Assembly (NCBI GenBank): GCA_964550635.1
Contig: CAZJZV010000002.1
Span: 48,502 to 112,501 of the forward strand
Source: an uncultured Bacteroidaceae bacterium
GTDB taxonomy: Bacteria > Bacillota > Clostridia > Christensenellales > CAG-917
Direction: 5' to 3'
Length of the DNA: 64,000 nucleotides
In this document: positions 1 through 8,882 of the stretch, piece by piece
Numbering within the stretch: the stretch's first letter is position 1
Layout of the letters: each line of letters opens with the position of its first letter
Notes under the pieces: model-generated
What the model was told of the DNA's origin: nothing
What the model saw: the letters and a program-made list of their open reading frames with translations, nothing else
The model's database searches: none
Made by a program: the position numbers and the translations under genes

Positions 1-1245
1 ATGAACGAACAAATCGTTGCAAATATCTCAAAATACGCCGGAATGCTCTCCCGCGAAGGTTTCACCGAATGCGGTTACATCGCGGTCAAGGCAGAAGAAG
101 GCATCTATATCACCAACGCATACTCTGTGTTTGAAAACATCACCGCGGAAGATATCACCTACGTCACCGACAAGTCCGTCAACGAACTCGACGGCAACTT
201 CAAAGCGGCGGCATCCATTTTGATCGCTGCAATCCGCAACCAAAAAGACGTGGAAGCGGCGGCAATCGTGGATAGCAAGAGCATCGTTGAATTCTCGAAG
301 AAAGGCATCACCCTTCCTCCCGTGCTCGACGATATGGCTCAAATCGACGGTATCTCCGTGAAATGCGCGTCCAAATGCTCCGCGGCGGAAGTTTCTCTTG
401 CAATCGCGGGACTCAGAAACGCATGCTTTATCCCCGAAGCGGGCGCGGTCGTCACCGGTCGTACTCTCGACGAAGTCTACACCGCGGCACTCGTTCTCGA
501 CAAAGCGTCCAACTGCTACCTCCTCGCAGAGAAGAAGGGTGGAGTCAAACCCCATTCCTTGTTGAACGCAGTCCTCGAACACGTCGTATACAAACTCAAA
601 TACTCCAAGAAGAACCAAAAGGACCAACAAGCCGCCGAAAGCGGTAAGTCCGAGACCGAAGAGAAGAAACCCACCGCAATCGTGACCGACGAACAAAAAC
701 GTCTTGCACAAGCGGTCAAAGACGCAGGCGTCAGACTTCTCGACGAAAATCTCGTCCAAGGCACTTGGGGAAATATCGCGGTCCGTCTCAACGACAAAGA
801 AATCCTTGCGACTCCGTCGGGTATCGACTACGTGATGCTCGAACCCTCTCAAATGTCCATAGTCAATATGGAAACGGGTGAATGGCAAGGTTCCGACAAG
901 CCGACCAGCGAGAGAAAAATGCATTCCGCAATTCTCAGTGCGCACACCGACTCCAACGCGACCGTCCATACGCATCCGTTCTACGGTTGCATACTTGCGG
1001 CGATGGGCAAGGATCTTCCCGTTCCCGAAAAGTATCGCGACGTACTTGGCGACGTAGTACCTTGCGCGAAAGCGGCTCTCCCCGGCACAAAGAAACTCGT
1101 CAAAAACTCCACTTCCGCAATGGGTGACGGCAAAGCTTGCTTCCTTGGCAACCACGGCGTCATCGTCAGAGGAAAGGATCTTGACGACGCGTTCAACATT
1201 TGCAGAGCGCTCGAAGACGCTTGCAAAGAATACTTGCTCGGCTAA
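1..1245 (+). CDS. Tandem class II aldolase/adducin-domain protein (degenerate N-terminal copy plus catalytic-looking C-terminal copy)
   Basis: 414-aa ORF. The C-terminal half has class II aldolase-like His motifs (HSAILSAH, TVHTHPFYG, GNHGVIVRG). The N-terminal half has a similar layout but lacks the HxH. A Lys/Glu-rich linker joins the halves. The ORF starts at base 1, so the true start may lie upstream. Confidence 0.7.
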   Translation: MNEQIVANISKYAGMLSREGFTECGYIAVKAEEGIYITNAYSVFENITAEDITYVTDKSVNELDGNFKAAASILIAAIRNQKDVEAAAIVDSKSIVEFSKKGITLPPVLDDMAQIDGISVKCASKCSAAEVSLAIAGLRNACFIPEAGAVVTGRTLDEVYTAALVLDKASNCYLLAEKKGGVKPHSLLNAVLEHVVYKLKYSKKNQKDQQAAESGKSETEEKKPTAIVTDEQKRLAQAVKDAGVRLLDENLVQGTWGNIAVRLNDKEILATPSGIDYVMLEPSQMSIVNMETGEWQGSDKPTSERKMHSAILSAHTDSNATVHTHPFYGCILAAMGKDLPVPEKYRDVLGDVVPCAKAALPGTKKLVKNSTSAMGDGKACFLGNHGVIVRGKDLDDAFNICRALEDACKEYLLG

Positions 1246-1248
1246 ACG

Positions 1249-1279
1249 AAAAGCACTCCTTTCACGGAGTGCTTTTTTT
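1249..1279 (+). terminator. Intrinsic terminator after the aldolase-like gene
   Basis: GCACTCC-tttcac-GGAGTGC hairpin followed by TTTTTTT. Confidence 0.75.
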
Positions 1280-1360
1280 GAAAAACCGCAGGAAAAATCA
1301 AGGGCAAATCGGCAAGAAAAAAATATATTTAAGAATTTTGTCGAAACCCCGTCAATTCGT

Positions 1361-1389
1361 TTGACACGCCCATTTCTTTTCGTTATAAT
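1361..1389 (+). promoter_or_regulatory. Sigma-A type promoter for the xpt operon
   Basis: TTGACA (1361-1366), exact 17-nt spacer, TATAAT (1384-1389). Confidence 0.6.
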
Positions 1390-1484
1390 AAGGTCATCAA
1401 TTAAGTTGATGTATCAAGTAGACCAGCACAACCGATGGGGATTATGTTCCCCGCTTGCCACAAGCTGTAGTGGATAGGAATGCT

Positions 1485-2069
1485 ATGAAACTGTTAGAGC
1501 AACGCATCTTAAAAGACGGAAAAGTCTTTCCGGGAGAAGTCCTGAAAGTCGGCGGATTCCTCAATCATATGATTGACGATTCTTTGCTGGAAGAAATAGG
1601 CAAGGAAATTTGCGCGCTTTATCAAGCAGAAAACGTCAACAAACTTCTGACCATTGAAGCATCGGGTATTGCAATTGCTTGCTATGCGGCAAGACATTTG
1701 CACGCACCGGTGCTTTTTGCTAAAAAAAGTAAAACTTCAAACATCGACGGCAACAGCGTGTATAGCGCGGACGTCGTCAGCTATACCCACCACAATACCA
1801 ACACGATCGTCGTTGAGAAAGAGTACCTTTCCGCAGACGACCGCGTTTTAATTATCGACGACTTTCTCGCTCACGGCGAAGCGCTCCGCGGTCTTATCGA
1901 GATCGTCAAACAGTCGGGTGCTACGCTCGTCGGTTGCGCGGTCGCGATAGAGAAGGGCTTCCAAGGCGGCGGCGACTCCCTTCGTAGCGAGGGTGTTAGG
2001 GTGGAAAGTTTGGCAATCGTCGAGAGTATGTCCGACGAGTCCCTCACCTTCCGCGACCAAAACAGATAA
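1485..2069 (+). CDS. xpt: Xanthine phosphoribosyltransferase
   Basis: MKLLEQRILKDGKV... N-terminus and PRPP loop VLIIDDFLAHGEA are typical of Xpt. ATG 1485 is preferred over the upstream TTG at 1455 listed in the track. Confidence 0.9.
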   Translation: MKLLEQRILKDGKVFPGEVLKVGGFLNHMIDDSLLEEIGKEICALYQAENVNKLLTIEASGIAIACYAARHLHAPVLFAKKSKTSNIDGNSVYSADVVSYTHHNTNTIVVEKEYLSADDRVLIIDDFLAHGEALRGLIEIVKQSGATLVGCAVAIEKGFQGGGDSLRSEGVRVESLAIVESMSDESLTFRDQNR

Positions 2070-2115
2070 TCCAAAATAAAAATAAATGCCTTAGGCAATA
2101 AAATGGAGGAACAAA

Positions 2116-3345
2116 ATGAAAAAGAAACTTTTGGCACTTTTGCTCGTAGTAGCACTCGTGGCAGCACTCGCAGTCGGTCTCGTCGCCTGCAACGACGGTA
2201 ACAACGGTGAAAGTCTTCAAGCAATCGCAAAAGAAGACATCAAAATCGGTCTTATCTGCTTGCACGACGCAAACTCCACTTATGACGCAAACTTCATCAA
2301 CGCAATGTATGAAGCAGTTAATAACCTTGGTCTCAACAAAGACACTCAACTCGTCATCAAAACCGGTATCCCCGAATCCGAAGCATGCTACAACACCGCA
2401 GTCGAACTCGTCGAACAAGGCTGCAACATCATCTTTGCAGACTCCTTCGGTCATGAAGATCACATCATCAGAGCAGCAGAAGAATATCCCGCAGTGCGTT
2501 TCTTCCACGCAACCGGCACCAAAGCACACACCAAAAACCTCGCAAACTTCCACAATGCATTCGCATCCATCTACGAAGGCAGATATCTTGCAGGTGTTGC
2601 AGCAGGCATGAAGCTCGTCGCACTCTACGGTGACGAAAACGGTGCAGTCTCCAATGAAAATGCAAAAATCGGTTACGTCGGTGCATTCCCCTACGCAGAA
2701 GTTAAATCCGGTTACACCTCTTTCTTCCTCGGCGTCCGCTCCATCGTCGCAAACGCAACCATGGAAGTGAAATTCACCTCCAGCTGGTACGATGAACCCA
2801 CTGAAAAAGACGTTGCACTTCAACTCATCGAGAGAGGCGCAAAACTCATCAGCCAACACGCAGACTCCATGGGCGCACCTACTGCTTGCAAAGAAAAGAA
2901 CATCCCCAACGTCACTTACAACATCAGCACTGAAAGCCAATGCTCCGGCACCTACGTCATCGGTTCCAGAATCAACTGGGCACCTTACTATGAATACATC
3001 GTTAACTGCGCAATCGAAAACAAAGCAGTTGGCGCAGACTGGACCGGCACCCTTAAGACTGAATCTGTCGAAGTTCTCGAAATCGGCGCAGCAGCAGAAG
3101 AAGGCACTGCAACAAAACTCGCAGAAGTCAAAGCAAAACTCAACAACGGCGAAATCAAAGTGTTCGACACCAACAACTTCACCGTTAACGGCGCAAAACT
3201 CACGACTTATCTTGCAGACGTTGACGATGCAGGCGACTTCGTTCCTGAAACCGAAGCAATCGCAAACGGTGTCTTCATGGAATCCACCTATCGTTCCGCA
3301 CCTTACTTTGATATCGACATCGACGGTATCACCATTATCAAGTAA
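2116..3345 (+). CDS. BMP-family (PnrA/Med-like) ABC transporter substrate-binding lipoprotein, probably nucleoside-binding
   Basis: Signal peptide with lipobox LVAC. BMP-like sequence. GGAGG RBS. Followed by a double-NBD ATPase and two permeases. Confidence 0.85.
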   Translation: MKKKLLALLLVVALVAALAVGLVACNDGNNGESLQAIAKEDIKIGLICLHDANSTYDANFINAMYEAVNNLGLNKDTQLVIKTGIPESEACYNTAVELVEQGCNIIFADSFGHEDHIIRAAEEYPAVRFFHATGTKAHTKNLANFHNAFASIYEGRYLAGVAAGMKLVALYGDENGAVSNENAKIGYVGAFPYAEVKSGYTSFFLGVRSIVANATMEVKFTSSWYDEPTEKDVALQLIERGAKLISQHADSMGAPTACKEKNIPNVTYNISTESQCSGTYVIGSRINWAPYYEYIVNCAIENKAVGADWTGTLKTESVEVLEIGAAAEEGTATKLAEVKAKLNNGEIKVFDTNNFTVNGAKLTTYLADVDDAGDFVPETEAIANGVFMESTYRSAPYFDIDIDGITIIK

Positions 3346-3435
3346 TTAGATGCACGAATAACACAAACGGTTTGGCGGAGCGTTTGCTCCGCCAAATCAA
3401 ATTTTTTTCATTACAACGACTATAACGAGGACTTT

Positions 3436-5181
3436 ATGAACAAACCCGTTGTTTTGCAACTTAAAGGCATAACCAAGCGTTTCGGCGCAAAGGTTCTTGC
3501 GAATAATAACGTAGACCTCGACCTCAGAGAGGGCGAGATTTTGTCTATTCTCGGTGAAAACGGAAGTGGTAAAACCACTCTTATGAATATGATTATAGGC
3601 ATCTATCGTCCGGATGAAGGCAAGATTTTCATCAACGGCGAAGAAGTCAACATCCTTTCTCCGAGAGATGCGTACAATTACAAAATCGGCATGGTGCACC
3701 AACACTTCAAACTCGTCGACGTGTTCACCGCGGCGGACAACATTCTGCTTGGTGAAGAGGCACCCGAATATTCTATAGTCGATAATGCACGACTCATCAA
3801 AGAAGATGCAAAACAAAAGGTAGTCGTCGTTGACAACGACGATTTCCACGAACCCGTCAAAATGATTTGCACGGGTGAAACCAAAATCGGCAAGCTCAAA
3901 ACCAATCTCAAAATTGCAAGTTTGCCTTTCGTCAAAATTTGGCGCAAAATCAAATTCAACCATTTGTCGGCAAATAGAGCGGATAAAATCCAAGTCATTG
4001 CAGACAAATACGGTTTTGAAGTTGACCTGAAAAAGAAAATATACGACATGTCAGTCAGCGAAAAACAGACTGTCGAAATCATAAAAGTTTTGTATAGGGG
4101 AGCGGATATTCTCATTCTCGACGAACCTACCGCCGTTCTTACCCCTCAAGAAATCACTAAACTGTTTGACGTTCTTCGCAAAATGCGCGAAGACGGAAAG
4201 TCGATCATCATCATAACCCACAAACTCAACGAGGTTATGGAAATCAGTGATAGAGTAGCGGTCCTTCGCAAAGGCGAACATATCGCAACCGTCAATACCG
4301 CAGAAACCAACGAAAAAGAACTCACCGAAATGATGGTCGGTGCAAAAATTGATCTCAATATCGACAGAGGCACTCCTCACGACGTTGAGGACAGACTTGT
4401 TGTCGAAAACCTTACCGCACTCAATCACGACGGAGTCAAAGTGCTTGACAGCGTTTCATTCGTCGCGCACTCCGGTGAAATTCTCGGTATCGCAGGCATT
4501 GCCGGTAGCGGTCAAAAAGAACTTCTCGAATCTATCGCGGGACTTCAAAAACTCAACAAAGGCGATATCGTCTACTTCAATCCTGCAAAGGACAACGAAG
4601 CGGTCGATCTTCGCTCCAAGACTCCCGTCCAAATCCGCGAACTTGGCGTCAGACTTTCCTTCGTCCCCGAAGACAGACTCGGCATGGGGCTTGTCGGAAA
4701 TATGGATTTGACGGATAATATGATGCTCCGCTCATATAGCAAAGGACATTCCTTCTTCCTTGACAGAAAGTCTCCGAAAAACCTTGCGGAAACTATCGTC
4801 CACGATCTCGAAGTCGTGACTCCGTCCGTCAAAACTCCCGTCAGACGTCTTTCGGGCGGTAACGTTCAAAAGGTTCTCGTCGGCAGAGAAATCGCGGCAG
4901 CGCCCACCGTGCTTATGGCGGCATATCCTGTCAGAGGACTTGACATCAACTCGTCCTACACCATTTACAACCTGTTGAACGACCAAAAAGAAAAAGGCGT
5001 TGCGGTCATCTTCGTCGGAGAAGACCTTGACGTTCTCATCGAACTCTGCGACAGAATACTCGTACTTTGCGGTGGCAAAGTTAGCGGTATCGTCGATGCA
5101 AGAAATATTACAAAAGAAGAAATCGGTTTGCTTATGGTGAAACATTCTTCTGTTGAAACGGAGGGACAAGATGCTGAATAA
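3436..5181 (+). CDS. ABC transporter ATP-binding protein with two nucleotide-binding domains
   Basis: Walker A GENGSGKTT and GIAGSGQKE, signature LSGGNVQKV, Walker B ILILDEPT. About 55 extra residues lie in NBD1. Confidence 0.9.
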   Translation: MNKPVVLQLKGITKRFGAKVLANNNVDLDLREGEILSILGENGSGKTTLMNMIIGIYRPDEGKIFINGEEVNILSPRDAYNYKIGMVHQHFKLVDVFTAADNILLGEEAPEYSIVDNARLIKEDAKQKVVVVDNDDFHEPVKMICTGETKIGKLKTNLKIASLPFVKIWRKIKFNHLSANRADKIQVIADKYGFEVDLKKKIYDMSVSEKQTVEIIKVLYRGADILILDEPTAVLTPQEITKLFDVLRKMREDGKSIIIITHKLNEVMEISDRVAVLRKGEHIATVNTAETNEKELTEMMVGAKIDLNIDRGTPHDVEDRLVVENLTALNHDGVKVLDSVSFVAHSGEILGIAGIAGSGQKELLESIAGLQKLNKGDIVYFNPAKDNEAVDLRSKTPVQIRELGVRLSFVPEDRLGMGLVGNMDLTDNMMLRSYSKGHSFFLDRKSPKNLAETIVHDLEVVTPSVKTPVRRLSGGNVQKVLVGREIAAAPTVLMAAYPVRGLDINSSYTIYNLLNDQKEKGVAVIFVGEDLDVLIELCDRILVLCGGKVSGIVDARNITKEEIGLLMVKHSSVETEGQDAE

Positions 5182-6376
5182 ACTCACTCACAACTCCATT
5201 TTGCAAATTTCAAAACGCACTGACGCTCCTAAATGGCTTGCTTGGGTGGTTAGGCTTTGTGCAGTAGTGGTTGCGTTTATCGTTAGCGCTATTGTCAGTA
5301 GCATTTTGAAACCGGGCACTTTTGGTGATTTTTTCATGAAAGTGTTTGAAGGCAATTTCTTCAATGCAAGACGTCTTATCCTGTTGCTTGAAGAATCAGC
5401 AATTCTTCTTCTCATCACGCTTGCCGTAATTCCTGCATTCAGAATGAGATTTTGGAATATCGGCGCAGAAGGACAAGTTCTTATGGGCGCGCTTATGTCC
5501 GTTGTTATGGTCAAGTATCTCGGTGGAAAAGTAAGCGACTCAGCGCTTCTTCCGATAATGCTCCTCGTAGCGATTGTGGGTGGTGCTTGTTGGGCGGTTA
5601 TCCCTGCGATTTTCAAAGCAAAATGGAACACCAACGAAACGCTCTTCACCCTTATGATGAACTATATCGCAATGGGACTTGTGAATATTTGTATCGCAAT
5701 TTGGGCGCCTACGGGGTCTATGGTTCTCGGCACTCTCAAATACGGTCATCTTCCTAAAATCGGCGGTTACAACTATATAATCAATATAATTATAGTCGCC
5801 GTTATCACTATTCTCGTTGCTATTTATCTTAAATATAGCAAACACGGTTATGAACTTTCGGTCGTTGGTGAGAGCCAAAACACTGCGAAGTATATCGGTA
5901 TCAGCGTTCCCAAAGTCATCATCAGAACCATGCTCCTTTCGGGTGCTCTTGCGGGTATGGCCGGTTGGTTGTTGGTCGGATCTTCTTGGACTATCAATAC
6001 CGGTACGGCAGACGGAAGAGGATTTACGGCAATTCTCGTTGCGTGGCTTGCAGGACTCAATCCTGGTGCAGGCGTGTTCACGGCAATTCTCGTTGCATTC
6101 TTTAGCAACGGTTCAAGTTATGCCGGTAGTGCATTCGGTTTTGGCACCGCGTTTTCGGATATTATCACTGCAGTATTCTTCTTTGTTGTCATCGCAAGTG
6201 AGTTTATCGTGAACTATAAAGTCAAATTCGATTCCACTTTGCTTGCAAAATTCAAAAGAAAGAAACCCGTTGCAGTTTCTGCTGGTAGTGCAGAAATATC
6301 AACTGATGACGTCGCAACGGAAGACAACGAAATCAAAATTGATAACGAAAATAACGACGAGGAGGTAAATAAATAA
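5171..6376 (+). CDS. ABC transporter permease (BMP-type system)
   Basis: Multi-TM protein. ATG 5171 is preceded by GGAGGG, whereas the track start at 5153 is TTG. It overlaps the ATPase end. Confidence 0.85.
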   Translation: MLNKLTHNSILQISKRTDAPKWLAWVVRLCAVVVAFIVSAIVSSILKPGTFGDFFMKVFEGNFFNARRLILLLEESAILLLITLAVIPAFRMRFWNIGAEGQVLMGALMSVVMVKYLGGKVSDSALLPIMLLVAIVGGACWAVIPAIFKAKWNTNETLFTLMMNYIAMGLVNICIAIWAPTGSMVLGTLKYGHLPKIGGYNYIINIIIVAVITILVAIYLKYSKHGYELSVVGESQNTAKYIGISVPKVIIRTMLLSGALAGMAGWLLVGSSWTINTGTADGRGFTAILVAWLAGLNPGAGVFTAILVAFFSNGSSYAGSAFGFGTAFSDIITAVFFFVVIASEFIVNYKVKFDSTLLAKFKRKKPVAVSAGSAEISTDDVATEDNEIKIDNENNDEEVNK

Positions 6377-7374
6377 TGTTTCTGACCTTCTTGAGAGAAT
6401 CTATAAGATTTAGTACGATATTCCTCTTCGGCTCGACCGGTGAAATTATCACCCAAAAGAGCGGACACCTCAATCTCGGTACGCCGGGTGTTATGTGTAT
6501 CGGCGCAGTCGGTGGATGTCTTGGCGCGTCATGGTATCTCAAATCTCTTTCTGATTTGAGCCAAATGAACGGTTTCCTTGTCGTATTCCTTCCCATTTTA
6601 GCGGCACTTTTGTTCGGTGGCCTTGCGGGAGCGCTTTATAGTTTCTTCGCAGTTACTTTGAGATGCAACCAAAACGTTATCGGTCTTACGATTACCACTT
6701 TTGGTGTAGGATTGTGCAAGTACGTTTTTGAGAGTTTTGACAACACAGGCTTTTCTGATATGTCAAAAGATTACTTCCTCAAAACTTTCTCGTGCGCACA
6801 CGACAATTGGTTCACAGAGATATTCTTCTCCTACGGTTCCCTCGTTTATATTGCGATACTCATTGCAATCATAGCAACGATCGTCCTGAAAAAGACGAGA
6901 GTAGGCTTGAATCTTCGTTCTGTCGGTGAAAACCCCGCAACCGCAGATGCGGCGGGCATCAACGTCACGAAATATAGATACCTTTCAACCATTATCGGTT
7001 GTGCAATTTCGGGACTCGGCGGACTCTTCTACGTCATGGACTCCAACGGCGGAAGTACTGGTGATATCGGCGTAACAGTTGAAGGACTCGGCTGGCTCGC
7101 AGTGGCACTCGTCATCTTTACCGTGTGGAAACCGAACTTTGCAATTCTCGGCTCCATACTGTTCAGTTTGCTTTACAAAGTGCCCAATTACTATTCACTC
7201 ATTCCGGAGGGTTCAGACATAGCGGACAACGTTGTTACGGCATTGAGTTACTTCATGAAGTTGTTGCCTTATATTGCAACCATAATCGTTCTCGTTGTCA
7301 CGAGTATGATAAACAGGAGAGAAACTCAACCACCTGCGGCTCTTGGATTGTCGTACTTCAGGGAAGAGCGATAG
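6376..7374 (+). CDS. ABC transporter permease (second subunit)
   Basis: Multi-TM protein. Stop/start overlap (TAATG) with the upstream permease. GGAGG RBS. Confidence 0.85.
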   Translation: MFLTFLRESIRFSTIFLFGSTGEIITQKSGHLNLGTPGVMCIGAVGGCLGASWYLKSLSDLSQMNGFLVVFLPILAALLFGGLAGALYSFFAVTLRCNQNVIGLTITTFGVGLCKYVFESFDNTGFSDMSKDYFLKTFSCAHDNWFTEIFFSYGSLVYIAILIAIIATIVLKKTRVGLNLRSVGENPATADAAGINVTKYRYLSTIIGCAISGLGGLFYVMDSNGGSTGDIGVTVEGLGWLAVALVIFTVWKPNFAILGSILFSLLYKVPNYYSLIPEGSDIADNVVTALSYFMKLLPYIATIIVLVVTSMINRRETQPPAALGLSYFREER

Positions 7375-7397
7375 GGGATATAACACAAAAGAAAACG

Positions 7398-7423
7398 AAA
7401 CGCCGTCATTCGACGGCGTTTTC
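7398..7423. terminator. Bidirectional hairpin terminator
   Basis: AAACGCCGTC-attc-GACGGCGTTT with flanking A and T runs. Confidence 0.75.
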
Positions 7424-7553
7424 AATTTGTTTTGAGTGTGATTTTGTTTGATTGTATTTTGTTTAGTTTGATTGTGGTTGGTTTATTCTTATTATGGTTG
7501 TTTTTGTTCAGGTTTGATTGGTTATATTTTTTGTTAGCGGTTGGCTTTTCAAA
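7424..7553 (-). other. Strand-asymmetric T/G-rich spacer (C/A-rich, G-poor on the minus-strand transcript)
   Basis: Only 2 C in 7424-7537 on the + strand. TTTGATTG words lie at 7447, 7467 and 7513. The tract lies directly downstream of the minus-strand flavoprotein gene. Confidence 0.6.
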
Positions 7554-8744
7554 TCAGAAAGTCTGTTTGAGTGCATCTGCGACGACCTTTGCGCTAGTCC
7601 ACGCCCATTGCAAGTTGTATCCGCCTGAATCTCCGTCCACGTCCAACGCTTCGCCGATTGCGTAAGCGTTCTTGCATTTGGTGGACATAAGGTTATCGTC
7701 AAATTCTTTGACGTTCAGTCCGCCCGAAACCACTTGGCTCAGACTTATATCGCCAAGACCTTCGATGACGATAGGGTAGCGTTTGATTGCTTTTGAAATG
7801 GCGGTGATTTTGGGTTGCGCAAGTTCGGACGGGTTTGCCCTTGCTTGCCATAAAATGCGGTCCACCACTTTGGAATGGAAAGTGCCGGTCAGGAGTTCTT
7901 CGACTTTGACGTTACCGCGTTTGCGGAGCAGAGTTTCCACTTCCGCCTGACTGTATTCGGGCATAAAGTCGATGAAAATCGTATCCCCGACTTTTGCTGC
8001 ACCTCTTGCGATTTCGTTCGACATATTGAAAGTCGCGATACCGCTCAACCCGAAGTCCTTGAAGAGTATTTCGCCGATTTCGTAGCGGTAGCCAAGGCGT
8101 ATGCCCGCCTTCACTCGAACACCCGAAAGTCCCTTTATCGGCTCTTTCTCGGTCTTTATCGGCACCAAAGACGGCGATAAAGGCTTGATTGTGTGTCCAA
8201 GACTCTCATAGAGCGATAGACTGTTCCGCCCGAAAGTCGCGTTTGAACCCGTCGCAAGCACCACCGCATCCGCAGTCAAAGTGAACGAGCGTTTGTTCTC
8301 TCCGTCCTTGATCACGCCCTGCACCGTGAACGTGTCCGCATAGTTGTCGATAGCGTTCACGATATGCCCGGTCAGCACTTCGACTCCCGACCGCATAACC
8401 GCGTTTCTCAACACGTCAAGCACGTTCGAGGCGCATTCGGAGTAGGGGTAGACGCGCTTGTCTACAACCTTTGTGAGCAGTCCCATACGCTCGAAAGTGG
8501 CGATTGCGTCGTGCGCGTCGAAACGGTCGAGAAAACTCTCGACGTAGGACGGACGATTGTAGTGCACTATCGTCATATCGAGATTGGTGAGATTGCATTT
8601 GCCGTTGCCTGTCGCAAGCAGTTTTTTCCCGACTCTTTCGTTCCCTTCGACGAGCGCGATACGCTTGCCTGCAGGAAGCTCCGCCGCGAGAAATAATCCG
8701 CTTGCGCCACCGCCTATGATGATTACGTCGTATCTTGTTTCCAT
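7554..8744 (-). CDS. HI0933/BaiN-like FAD-dependent flavoprotein (aminoacetone oxidase family)
   Basis: YDVIIIGGGASGL dinucleotide fold and KLLATGNGKCNLTN motif. The METRYD start at 8744 is preferred over the track start at 8762. Confidence 0.8.
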   Translation of the reverse strand: METRYDVIIIGGGASGLFLAAELPAGKRIALVEGNERVGKKLLATGNGKCNLTNLDMTIVHYNRPSYVESFLDRFDAHDAIATFERMGLLTKVVDKRVYPYSECASNVLDVLRNAVMRSGVEVLTGHIVNAIDNYADTFTVQGVIKDGENKRSFTLTADAVVLATGSNATFGRNSLSLYESLGHTIKPLSPSLVPIKTEKEPIKGLSGVRVKAGIRLGYRYEIGEILFKDFGLSGIATFNMSNEIARGAAKVGDTIFIDFMPEYSQAEVETLLRKRGNVKVEELLTGTFHSKVVDRILWQARANPSELAQPKITAISKAIKRYPIVIEGLGDISLSQVVSGGLNVKEFDDNLMSTKCKNAYAIGEALDVDGDSGGYNLQWAWTSAKVVADALKQTF

Positions 8745-8882
8745 ACGAGAAGAATACCACATAATTTCAATTCTATCAAGAGATTTATAAATTCGTGGCG
8801 GAATTGTTCGTATGTCGTTGAATTTTTCGCGGTATATGTTATAATGTATCTATCAAACCGCGCAAACGCGCTCAGGTGTGCT

